Below, piece by piece: positions 38,152-46,409 of a stretch of 64,000 bases of DNA. Source of the stretch: Alphaproteobacteria bacterium (GTDB lineage: Bacteria > Pseudomonadota > Alphaproteobacteria > CAAHEQ01 > UBA3637); assembly GCA_045605805.1 (NCBI GenBank), contig JAZUQR010000021.1:49611-113610 (forward strand), read 5' to 3'. The notes beneath the pieces were generated by a model, which was not told where the DNA came from, did no database searches, and saw only the letters and a list, made by a program, of their open reading frames with translations. How positions within the stretch are numbered: position 1 is the stretch's first letter; each line of letters starts with the position of its first letter. The position numbers and the translations under genes are program-made.

Positions 38152-38925
38152 ATGACAAAAGGTATCTGTAAGTATTGTGGCAAGGAAAAGGAACTCATTA
38201 ATTCGCACATAATTCCTAAAAGTTTGTGCCAAACGGACAAGTTTGGCCCTATGGTTGGTGTAGATTCTGTTTCTAAACGGTTTGATCATAATCCAAAACA
38301 CCAAAGCGGGCAAAAAGAACCTTTGTTATGTAAAGAATGTGATAATTTAATTGGTAAGCTAGATAATTACGCTAGTAAAGTATTTAAGCAAATTATACCC
38401 AAACACAAATGGGATATTGTTAATGGTTATCTCTTATGCAAATTACTTCCTGAAGAAGTAGATTATTGGACATTAAAAAAGTTTTTAATTTCTCTAATGT
38501 GGCGGGCATCTGTTGATTCAAGCGATATACATCTTGGTAAATATGAAGATATTGCTTTAAAAATGATAAAAGATGAACTGCAAGACGATCCAAACCTTTT
38601 TGTCCCATTAATATACGCTTCAAGGACGCAGACACCATTAGACTTTGCAAATGGAATATTCGGTAGCAAAACACGGGGAAAACACATATATATTATTCAC
38701 TTTCCTCATTATAAAATTACTATCATTCCATGCATAGAGCATTCTACAAATCCAAGAGAAATGGAATCATTTAAAGCATTTTTCAATCCAAAGCACATTA
38801 TTATTCAAACCAATTTCTTACCGACAGATGATGATCACCATCCCCTTGAAGTTTTAGAAGGATGCAAAAAAAATGAATTAAAAAATAAGAAAAAGAATAA
38901 TAAATCAAATTTCTTTATTCTCTAA
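38152..38925 (+). CDS. HNH-like (CxxC...H...CxxC-D-N) protein, HNH_5-like or DUF4238-like (gene C)
   Basis: 257 aa. CKYCGKEKELINSHIIPKSL followed by LLCKECDNLIGKLD fits a beta-beta-alpha-Me zinc-finger nuclease layout. The start is 7 nt after the gene B stop. The 3' end overlaps the convergent resolvase gene by 21 nt. Confidence 0.5.
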   Translation: MTKGICKYCGKEKELINSHIIPKSLCQTDKFGPMVGVDSVSKRFDHNPKHQSGQKEPLLCKECDNLIGKLDNYASKVFKQIIPKHKWDIVNGYLLCKLLPEEVDYWTLKKFLISLMWRASVDSSDIHLGKYEDIALKMIKDELQDDPNLFVPLIYASRTQTPLDFANGIFGSKTRGKHIYIIHFPHYKITIIPCIEHSTNPREMESFKAFFNPKHIIIQTNFLPTDDDHHPLEVLEGCKKNELKNKKKNNKSNFFIL

Positions 38926-39501
38926 AAACTTATACAAAGTTCCTTTACTAACCTTCATAATTTTGGCAATTTGGTTTTTACTCACGCCTTTCGCCAACAA
39001 CTTGCTTATTTTGTTGCGATTTTTAGATAACTTTAAGGCCCGAGAACGAGCACCAACGGGTCTCCCCAATTTTTTACCACTAGCCTTTAAGCGTGCCAAA
39101 CTTTCCTTTACTCTTTCCTGTAATAAGGATTTAGATAACTCAGCAGATAGTCCAAAGGCAAATGCCAACACCTTGCTTTGAATATCAGCTCCCAAGCGGA
39201 AGTTTTCTTTCAATGTCCATATCTGACATTCCTTTTCTAAACACATTTGAAGAATATTCATCACTTCTAACAAACTACGCCCAAGGCGGGAAATCTCGGT
39301 TGTGATGAGAATATCTCCACCTTTCAGGTTGTTTAGTAATCGTCCCAATTGTCTTTCCTTTAATTTCTTGCTGCTGGAAATTTTTTCTTCCACCCAAGTA
39401 TCTATATGTAAATTATTTGCTTTTGCGAAATTTTCTATCGCAAAGTGTTGATTTTCTTCATTTTGATGAGCTGTTGAAACTCTGCAATACCCATAAATCA
39501 T
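38905..39501 (-). CDS. serine recombinase (resolvase/invertase family)
   Basis: The ATG at 39501 follows AAAGGAG. It has MIYGYCRVSTAHQ (catalytic Ser), EISRLGRS, and a C-terminal HTH (VSKNQIAKIMKVSKGTLYKFL). It is a paralog of 50627-51217. Confidence 0.9.
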   Translation of the reverse strand: MIYGYCRVSTAHQNEENQHFAIENFAKANNLHIDTWVEEKISSSKKLKERQLGRLLNNLKGGDILITTEISRLGRSLLEVMNILQMCLEKECQIWTLKENFRLGADIQSKVLAFAFGLSAELSKSLLQERVKESLARLKASGKKLGRPVGARSRALKLSKNRNKISKLLAKGVSKNQIAKIMKVSKGTLYKFLENKEI

Positions 39502-39692
39502 TTGAACTCCTTTTATATTGTTTGACATACATATTTATCGGTTCAGTTTTAACCAAGGTTAAAAGTCAACTACTTTTTTGTATTTTTTAATAAATTCGTT
39601 TAAAAGGTAAAAACTCTATAAATATCAATGAAATATCCCATATTTACTATACCACATAAATTCATCGGTCACTTAACCTTGGTTTTTATACA

Positions 39693-39965
39693 ATGTCCGC
39701 ATACAAAAACACAGTAAGGGAAGATATGACTGAAAAAGAGTTTCTAAAAATTGTTGGGACAAACATAGCTTATTATCGCAAGTTGGCGGGCTACTCACAA
39801 AAAGAATTTGCGAAACGGTCTGGTTTAAAACTGGTAACCATTGGATCACTGGAGTGTGGTATGGCTGGAACAACAATTAAAACTCTTAAGAAAATTTCTG
39901 ATTCTTTAAATATTTTGCCTGAATACTTGATAAAAATCCCCGAAGGAAGGAGAAAAAGTTTATGA
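39693..39965 (+). CDS. XRE-family helix-turn-helix regulator
   Basis: IAYYRKLAGYSQKEFAKRSGLKLVTIGSLECG is a typical Cro/C1 HTH. Confidence 0.7.
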   Translation: MSAYKNTVREDMTEKEFLKIVGTNIAYYRKLAGYSQKEFAKRSGLKLVTIGSLECGMAGTTIKTLKKISDSLNILPEYLIKIPEGRRKSL

Positions 39966-40432
39966 AAAAGAGAAAAGTGAACATTTTGGAATTATTAAAT
40001 CAATTTCTACACATTATTCCTATTTTTGGAATGCTGATGGGGTATTGTCTTTTACCGTTTTTAAAACCTGAAACAAAGTTTGCATATGTTATATCTGCAT
40101 ATACAATCGTTTCTACTAGCTTTATTTTTATTGGAGAACTGATTGATTGGTATTATGAAACAAAAAGATACAGAAAACTACCTGATGATGTCATAAAATA
40201 TCTAAAATTATATCCTGCGGTAGTTCCCTTATATTATGTTGCTTTATCTTTAATTTTTGTCCCTGTTATTTTATTTGCTCTTTTTAACTACTGGACAAAC
40301 TGTCCTATTCACTGGTGTTCACTAATTGTTTCATTTCTATCCGCAGCAACTGTTTTTACTTATTTAGATGATTATGTTCGTGAGGAAAATGAGGATTTTT
40401 GTGATGAATTTTTTTATTGGGGGAATTTTTAA
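39962..40432 (+). CDS. hypothetical membrane protein (about 4 TM)
   Basis: 156-aa hydrophobic ORF, overlapping its neighbours by 4 nt and 1 nt. Confidence 0.5.
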   Translation: MKKRKVNILELLNQFLHIIPIFGMLMGYCLLPFLKPETKFAYVISAYTIVSTSFIFIGELIDWYYETKRYRKLPDDVIKYLKLYPAVVPLYYVALSLIFVPVILFALFNYWTNCPIHWCSLIVSFLSAATVFTYLDDYVREENEDFCDEFFYWGNF

Positions 40433-41388
40433 TGAATCAATCCTGCCCCCAAATATCTATTATCATACCTGTATACAATGTTGAGCAATACTTACCTGAT
40501 TGTTTGGAATCAGTATTGGCACAAACATTTACGGACTTTGAGGTTATATGTGTAAATGATGGCAGTCCAGATGGGTGTAGCAAGATTCTTGATAAATTCG
40601 CAGCTAAAGACAAAAGGATTAAAATAATTACACAAGAGAATCAAGGGCTTTCAATGGCACGGAACAATGGGCTAAAAGAAGCAATTGGTGAATACATATT
40701 CTTTTTAGATTCAGATGATTATGTACATCCCCAACTGTTGGAGATTTGTTATACCCTTGCTCAAAAAGAAGTAGCTGACATGGTAAGCTTTAATTTTCAA
40801 AAGGTTGAACTTGGAGATTTTATATCACATCGTCAGTACGATATAAACAATCTGGAATACACGATAACAAATAACCCTCTTTATTATCAAAAAAAACGCC
40901 ATAAGCATAAGATTTCTGTCAATTCATGGTCAAAATTATTTAAAAAGGATCTTATTCATGATTTAACATTTATTCCAGAGATAACAAGTGAAGATTATCC
41001 ACACACATATGCTGTACTTGCACACCATCCAAGAACAGTAATTTTAGATATCCCTCTATACTATTATATGCATAATCCGAATTCTATTACCTTAACAGAT
41101 ATAACCGTAAGAAAAATACAAGATTTTCAATCTGGACTAAACTCTCTTATAGATATCTATAGCAAAGCATCCAAAAAGGAAAGACGCTTTGTGAGACATG
41201 AATTGTTCCCCAACATATTAAAACAGGAATTAAATAGGATTCAAAGGGCGCCAAACGAAAAGCAACCTGAGCTATATGCCGCTTTTGCAGAGGAACTAAG
41301 TGATTTGAATTCAAAAGGTTGGTTAAAACCTTGGGGGCATAAAATCAGCAGATATTTTAAATATAGAAAGCTAATTAAGAAATATTAA
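40432..41388 (+). CDS. family 2 glycosyltransferase
   Basis: The ATG at 40432 overlaps the upstream TAA. It has ISIIIPVYNVEQYL, VNDGSPD, and the DxD motif FLDSDDYV. Confidence 0.85.
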   Translation: MNQSCPQISIIIPVYNVEQYLPDCLESVLAQTFTDFEVICVNDGSPDGCSKILDKFAAKDKRIKIITQENQGLSMARNNGLKEAIGEYIFFLDSDDYVHPQLLEICYTLAQKEVADMVSFNFQKVELGDFISHRQYDINNLEYTITNNPLYYQKKRHKHKISVNSWSKLFKKDLIHDLTFIPEITSEDYPHTYAVLAHHPRTVILDIPLYYYMHNPNSITLTDITVRKIQDFQSGLNSLIDIYSKASKKERRFVRHELFPNILKQELNRIQRAPNEKQPELYAAFAEELSDLNSKGWLKPWGHKISRYFKYRKLIKKY

Positions 41389-41403
41389 TTCATAGGAGAT
41401 AAA

Positions 41404-43311
41404 ATGATAACTGAAGAACTTCAAAAAGAGATCGATTCTCATAAGATTATTTCATTTGATATATTTGATACTTTGCTAATTAGACCCTATGTAAAACCTA
41501 CGGATTTATTCCTTCATTTAGAAGAATTAGAAAGAACATCTGGTTTTGCTATCAATAGAATTGAAGCAGAGAAAAATGCTAGGAAGAAGCATCACGACCA
41601 AGAGGACATAACATTAGAGCAAATCTATAACGAAATTGCTACAAAATATCAATCCTTACAACAAAATGAATTAGATTTAGAGAAGCAGGTTTTAAGAACA
41701 AATCCTGATATGAAAGAAATCTATGAATATGCTTTATCAAAAAAGAAGAAAATTATAGTTATTTCAGATATGTACTTATCTAGTGAATTTTTGAAACAAA
41801 TTCTTCATAAGAATGGATACACAAAGATTGAAAATGTATATGTCTCCAACGAATGTGGAAGTACAAAAGCAACAGGCAAACTATATCAATATGTTATGAA
41901 TAAACTAGGAGAAAAATCTCAGAACATATTTCACATTGGGGATAATATATATTCCGATATAGCTAAGGCAAAGGAAAATGGAATATCTTCTTACTGGTAC
42001 CAGAAAAGGATAGATGCTTTATTGGAGAATGATAAGCGTGCAGCATCTTTCTATCAAAACAATAAACATTCATTAGAAGCATCTATATTGCTTGGCTCAA
42101 TAGCAAACTATTTCCCAGACGAAAATGTTTCATACTGGGAAACAATTGGTTATGTTTACGCAGGACCCACTATTTACGCTTATATGTTATGGTTAAATAG
42201 TGCCATTCAAAAAGAAGGAATTAAAGAATTGCTCTTTGTTGCACGAGATGGTTATACCCTAGAAAAAGTATTCAATATTATCAAAACTCAAAACACAAAA
42301 ACTCATTATTTTTATGCACCAAGAACAACTAGTTTGTTAACAGATTTATGCTGGGATAGTTATGAATCACCACAACAGAAATTAACATTTGCACAATTCA
42401 CATTAAATCATTTTTCCCAGTACGACTCAACGATGAAAGCATATGCTTCATACATAAGTTCATTATCCAAAGCTACGAAAATATTTAAAGATAATCATGA
42501 AATCCTAGAAAAATTTGCTAGTATTGAAAAAGAAAAATACAGAGCTTATCTAAAAACTTTTGAAATTTCGGAGAAAAAGGTTGGATTAGTAGATACGATA
42601 ACACAACTATTTTCATCGCAACGAACATTAGCAATGGGGCTACCAAATAATGATATTATAGGTTACTATTGGTACACATTGCCTAACAAGCAGAAAATAG
42701 CAAATAAGCACAATTTTTACACATTTTCAGAAACAAACAACCCAAATTTTGCTGATTGGGACATTATGGAGCTTTTAATGACCGCTCCAACGCCACCAAT
42801 AGATTCTATTAAAGATAACAAACCAATATTTAAAGAACCTAATGCATATGAACAAAAACGGATTCAAATATATCCCGCCATATCAGAAGGAGCTATTAAG
42901 TATGCCCAATACCTAAAAAACACATTTAAAGGTATTAATATTAGTTTTTCTGAACAAATTATAAGAAAGTGGATTAACACTTTTTGTCTGATAGCTACCG
43001 ATAATGACAAAACCGAATTTTCTCAAATTCAGCATGCATGGGATGCGAAACATGAACATTATGTACCACTACCTAAGGCATGGTTTCCTGTAACAAATGA
43101 ACACAAAGGTGTTACACTTAGCAATACAAAGATTTACTTATTAAACTTAATTCCTTTTATTAGGAAGAAAGAAACTACAACTAGACATCGGCTATATCTA
43201 TTTTGTTTCATACCTTTTTATACTATCCGTATTAAATCTCAAAAAAGGTCGCATTGGTTATTTAATTGTATACCTTTATTTTCTATCACAAAGAAGGACA
43301 AAAACAAATGA
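41404..43311 (+). CDS. HAD-superfamily-like hydrolase domain protein with large C-terminal extension
   Basis: 635 aa. The N-terminal ISFDIFDTLLIRPY and later HIGDNIYSDI resemble HAD motifs I and IV, as seen in capsule/glycan loci. The rest is unassigned. Confidence 0.55.
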   Translation: MITEELQKEIDSHKIISFDIFDTLLIRPYVKPTDLFLHLEELERTSGFAINRIEAEKNARKKHHDQEDITLEQIYNEIATKYQSLQQNELDLEKQVLRTNPDMKEIYEYALSKKKKIIVISDMYLSSEFLKQILHKNGYTKIENVYVSNECGSTKATGKLYQYVMNKLGEKSQNIFHIGDNIYSDIAKAKENGISSYWYQKRIDALLENDKRAASFYQNNKHSLEASILLGSIANYFPDENVSYWETIGYVYAGPTIYAYMLWLNSAIQKEGIKELLFVARDGYTLEKVFNIIKTQNTKTHYFYAPRTTSLLTDLCWDSYESPQQKLTFAQFTLNHFSQYDSTMKAYASYISSLSKATKIFKDNHEILEKFASIEKEKYRAYLKTFEISEKKVGLVDTITQLFSSQRTLAMGLPNNDIIGYYWYTLPNKQKIANKHNFYTFSETNNPNFADWDIMELLMTAPTPPIDSIKDNKPIFKEPNAYEQKRIQIYPAISEGAIKYAQYLKNTFKGINISFSEQIIRKWINTFCLIATDNDKTEFSQIQHAWDAKHEHYVPLPKAWFPVTNEHKGVTLSNTKIYLLNLIPFIRKKETTTRHRLYLFCFIPFYTIRIKSQKRSHWLFNCIPLFSITKKDKNK

Positions 43312-44060
43312 AAAAAATATTCTATCAAATTTGTGCTGCCTTTATTCTCAACAAACAAAGCAAAAAAGCATTCCGTAGGAAATATATCACACCATTAAAG
43401 CGTATTGAACCTATTTGTGAGAAAGATCCTTTTGTTGCTGATTCTGTGGTAAGTATTGCTCACGATTACACTGAATATTCGGAATTGATAATTAACCAAG
43501 ATTTACGCAGAAATAACAAATTTATAGCATTTGATAATGGTGTATCATTGTGTGGAAATAATTTTGTAACAAAAGGCACTAAGATTGGGCGTTATTCATA
43601 CATAGGTGAATACACAAAAATTGATGATAAAGTTATAATTGGTCGTTATTGTTCTATAGCAGATAATGTTTTGATTGGGGCAACAAGACATCCTACGAAT
43701 TGGCTTTCAACTTCACCTTTTCAATATGATTATTGGATTGATGCAAAATGTCCTAAGAAACAATATACAATCAGTAAGAAAACAGAAATTGGCAATGATG
43801 TATGGATAGGTGCTAATGTTATTATTCAGACAGGAATAACTGTAGGAGATGGTGCTATCATTGGTTCTGGTGCGGTGGTAACTCACGATATTCCTCCATA
43901 TGGTATTGCTGTAGGTGTTCCTGCCAAAGTAATAAAATACAGATTTAATGAAGATATTATTAAAATTTTGCTTGATAAAAAGTGGTGGAATAGAAAGCAC
44001 GAATACATACAGAAATTACCCTTTGATGATATTGATAAATGCTTGGAGATATTAAAATGA
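43308..44060 (+). CDS. hexapeptide-repeat (LbH) acetyltransferase, XAT-like
   Basis: The ATG at 43308 (ATGA overlap) leads to IGNDVWIGANVIIQTGITVGDGAIIGSGAVVTHDIPPYGIAVGVPAKVIKYRF. Confidence 0.8.
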   Translation: MKKIFYQICAAFILNKQSKKAFRRKYITPLKRIEPICEKDPFVADSVVSIAHDYTEYSELIINQDLRRNNKFIAFDNGVSLCGNNFVTKGTKIGRYSYIGEYTKIDDKVIIGRYCSIADNVLIGATRHPTNWLSTSPFQYDYWIDAKCPKKQYTISKKTEIGNDVWIGANVIIQTGITVGDGAIIGSGAVVTHDIPPYGIAVGVPAKVIKYRFNEDIIKILLDKKWWNRKHEYIQKLPFDDIDKCLEILK

Positions 44061-44830
44061 GCTTAATTAAAAAAATATATGTTAATGAAACTAAAATAAA
44101 TGATATACAAAATATGGCGGCACGCTACATAACTGCACAATATTTTAATGCTAAAGCATTTAGAGAATTTAAAGGCATATATAAAGGAAGAGATATTGTA
44201 GTTGTCGCAGCAGGTCCTAGCGTAAAAAAATTCCAACCCATTGAAAATGCAATTTATATTGGAATGAACAGAAGTTGTATGTTAGAAAGTATTAAATTTG
44301 ATTTTTTGTTTACCATTGACCTATTAGGAATAGATAGTTTTATGGAGGAATTTAAAAATTACGAGGGGAATAATTGTGTTAAATTTATAGGGGAACAACA
44401 AGAAGGAAAAGGTAGGGATATACCTGAATCCTACTTTCTATCATTGAAAAATGCTAGAAAATACAAAACTGATATCTTTATTAACGCAGGCGAAAAAATT
44501 CCAGTTGATATTGATTGTTTGCCTCTTTGGAATGGAAATAGTGTAGCACATCAGGCGGTACAATTTGCATTATTCTGTAATCCTAAAAGAATATATCTTG
44601 TTGGGTGTGATTGTAGTGGTATTAAAACGGGGCATTTTATTGAAGGCAAAAATGATGAACATATGGTAAAAAGTTTTTCGGATGACTTTTGGAAAAATAA
44701 TCAAGAATATTTAATTAACGGCTGGAAAAAACTAAAGGATTTTGCTGAAACATACTATCCAGATACAGAAATTATATCAATTAATCCAGTTGGTCTAAAA
44801 GGGTTGTTTAAAGATACATATCAAGAATGA
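44057..44830 (+). CDS. DUF115 (MptE/Maf-like) putative nonulosonic-acid-type glycosyltransferase
   Basis: ATG at 44057 (ATGA overlap). It has VVVAAGPSVKKF and RIYLVGCDCSG, as in motility-accessory-factor-like proteins. Confidence 0.5.
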   Translation: MSLIKKIYVNETKINDIQNMAARYITAQYFNAKAFREFKGIYKGRDIVVVAAGPSVKKFQPIENAIYIGMNRSCMLESIKFDFLFTIDLLGIDSFMEEFKNYEGNNCVKFIGEQQEGKGRDIPESYFLSLKNARKYKTDIFINAGEKIPVDIDCLPLWNGNSVAHQAVQFALFCNPKRIYLVGCDCSGIKTGHFIEGKNDEHMVKSFSDDFWKNNQEYLINGWKKLKDFAETYYPDTEIISINPVGLKGLFKDTYQE

Positions 44831-44840
44831 AAGGAACCTA

Positions 44841-45506
44841 ATGAGCAATTTAAAAATCATTATACCATTAAAAACTAATTCGGAACGCATACCCAATAAG
44901 AATCTTCGTCCATTTTTGGGTAATAAAAGTTTATTTGATATAAAAGCTGAACAATTACTAAAATGTTTTGATCCCAAAGATGTGTGGTGTTCATCTGAAA
45001 ATCCAGAAGTGGAACAAATTGTGAAAAAGTACGGTTTTAATTTTCATTTAAGAGATATCTCGTTGACAACTAAAAATACACGAGAAAACAAACTTGTCAA
45101 GACCATAGTAGACAGTATTCCTGGAAAACCAGATATAATGTGGTGTCAGGTAACACAACCGCTATTTAACGAATTTTCAAAATTATTGGAAACATATCAT
45201 AATTTAGATAAAAAATATGATTCTATATGTGTTGTGAAGAAATTTCGCCATCATTTATTAGATGACAAGGGAAATCCCGTTAATTTCAATTTTGGATATT
45301 GGCACAAGATAAGCCAAGATTTACCAAAACTATATGAAGTAGCATGGGCTGCATTTATTATGAGAAGAGAAATGCTTGAGCAAGCATGGTATCAAATCGG
45401 TCGGAACCCTTATCTATTTGAAACACAAAAACCACTTATAGACATAGATGAGATTTCAGATTTTGAAATTGCAAGTATCTTGTATAATCATTATATTGAT
45501 ACTTAA
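44841..45506 (+). CDS. acylneuraminate cytidylyltransferase-family (CMP-sugar synthetase) protein
   Basis: The N-terminal KIIIPLKTNSERIPNKNLRPFLGNKSL is the CMP-NeuAc/CMP-Kdo synthetase-type nucleotide-binding loop. Confidence 0.6.
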   Translation: MSNLKIIIPLKTNSERIPNKNLRPFLGNKSLFDIKAEQLLKCFDPKDVWCSSENPEVEQIVKKYGFNFHLRDISLTTKNTRENKLVKTIVDSIPGKPDIMWCQVTQPLFNEFSKLLETYHNLDKKYDSICVVKKFRHHLLDDKGNPVNFNFGYWHKISQDLPKLYEVAWAAFIMRREMLEQAWYQIGRNPYLFETQKPLIDIDEISDFEIASILYNHYIDT

Positions 45507-45546
45507 AGTAAAACTTATTTGGATACACATCATCGCTATCTTATGT

Positions 45547-46143
45547 TTATACCACAACATTCTCCACAGCGTTTGAGAGCATCTTTTCATTATAGTTGAA
45601 ATACCTTTGTGTTGTGCTTATGTTACGATGATTGGCGAGCTTTTGAACCAAACAGATATTAGTGCCTGCATTTATTAAACGACTCACGAACAAATGCCTT
45701 CCAAGGTGACTTCCCCCTTCAATATTGAACTTACTGTAAATAGTTGAGAACATTCTACTAATAGATACTCGATTAAATGGTTTCCCCAACTTTTGCGAGG
45801 TAAAAAGATACATTTCCGGGGAAATCTCTTCATTTTTGCTCTTCAAATACTCCAAATACTCCTTAAACTCTTTCTTCATTTGAGAATTTAGGTAATAACT
45901 ACACCCAAATTTGCCTTTATTCTTATCCTTTTCAAGGCAAATAACATCCTTTACCTTTAAATCTTGGGTATAAACATCCCCAACTTGAAGATAAGCAAAA
46001 TTTATAGACCTCATGCCATTGAGCGAGCAAAGGAACATCATCCTAATCATTTCCGCATGTCTCATTCCAGAGATATAAGTCAAAATATCTTTGATTTTCT
46101 TGTCGTCAATAAAAACACTGTTTACCATTTTTAATCCAATCAT
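45547..46143 (-). CDS. small tyrosine recombinase (catalytic domain only, ~198 aa)
   Basis: It has GMRSINFAYLQVGDV (Arg I), GSHLGRHLFVSRL (H-x-x-R), and LANHRNISTTQRYF (His/Tyr). Confidence 0.8.
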   Translation of the reverse strand: MIGLKMVNSVFIDDKKIKDILTYISGMRHAEMIRMMFLCSLNGMRSINFAYLQVGDVYTQDLKVKDVICLEKDKNKGKFGCSYYLNSQMKKEFKEYLEYLKSKNEEISPEMYLFTSQKLGKPFNRVSISRMFSTIYSKFNIEGGSHLGRHLFVSRLINAGTNICLVQKLANHRNISTTQRYFNYNEKMLSNAVENVVV

Positions 46144-46310
46144 TCAAATTATACATTTTCTTCGTAACTCTGATCATACCAAAATGAAAATTGAATGTCA
46201 AGCATATAATGTTAAAAAAAGTTATTTTATTTAACATATTTTAACATTTTATAACAGATGTGGTGAAGGACATTTTAAAACACCCTTATTTTACAACGGT
46301 TTTAAGAATA

Positions 46311-46338
46311 ATGTTAAAAAATGATTCTTTTTTAACAT
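46311..46338. repeat. perfect 11-6-11 inverted repeat: candidate recombinase core site
   Basis: ATGTTAAAAAA (46311-46321), spacer TGATTC, then TTTTTTAACAT (46328-46338). More TTAACAT half-sites lie at 46209-46216, 46230-46237 and 46241-46247, all within 200 bp upstream of the recombinase start. Confidence 0.45.
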
Positions 46339-46409
46339 TTTTGTTTTCTCTGGACTTTTTGATTGTTTTATGATAAAATTTAACCAAATTTTAACCATTT
46401 GGAATAACC

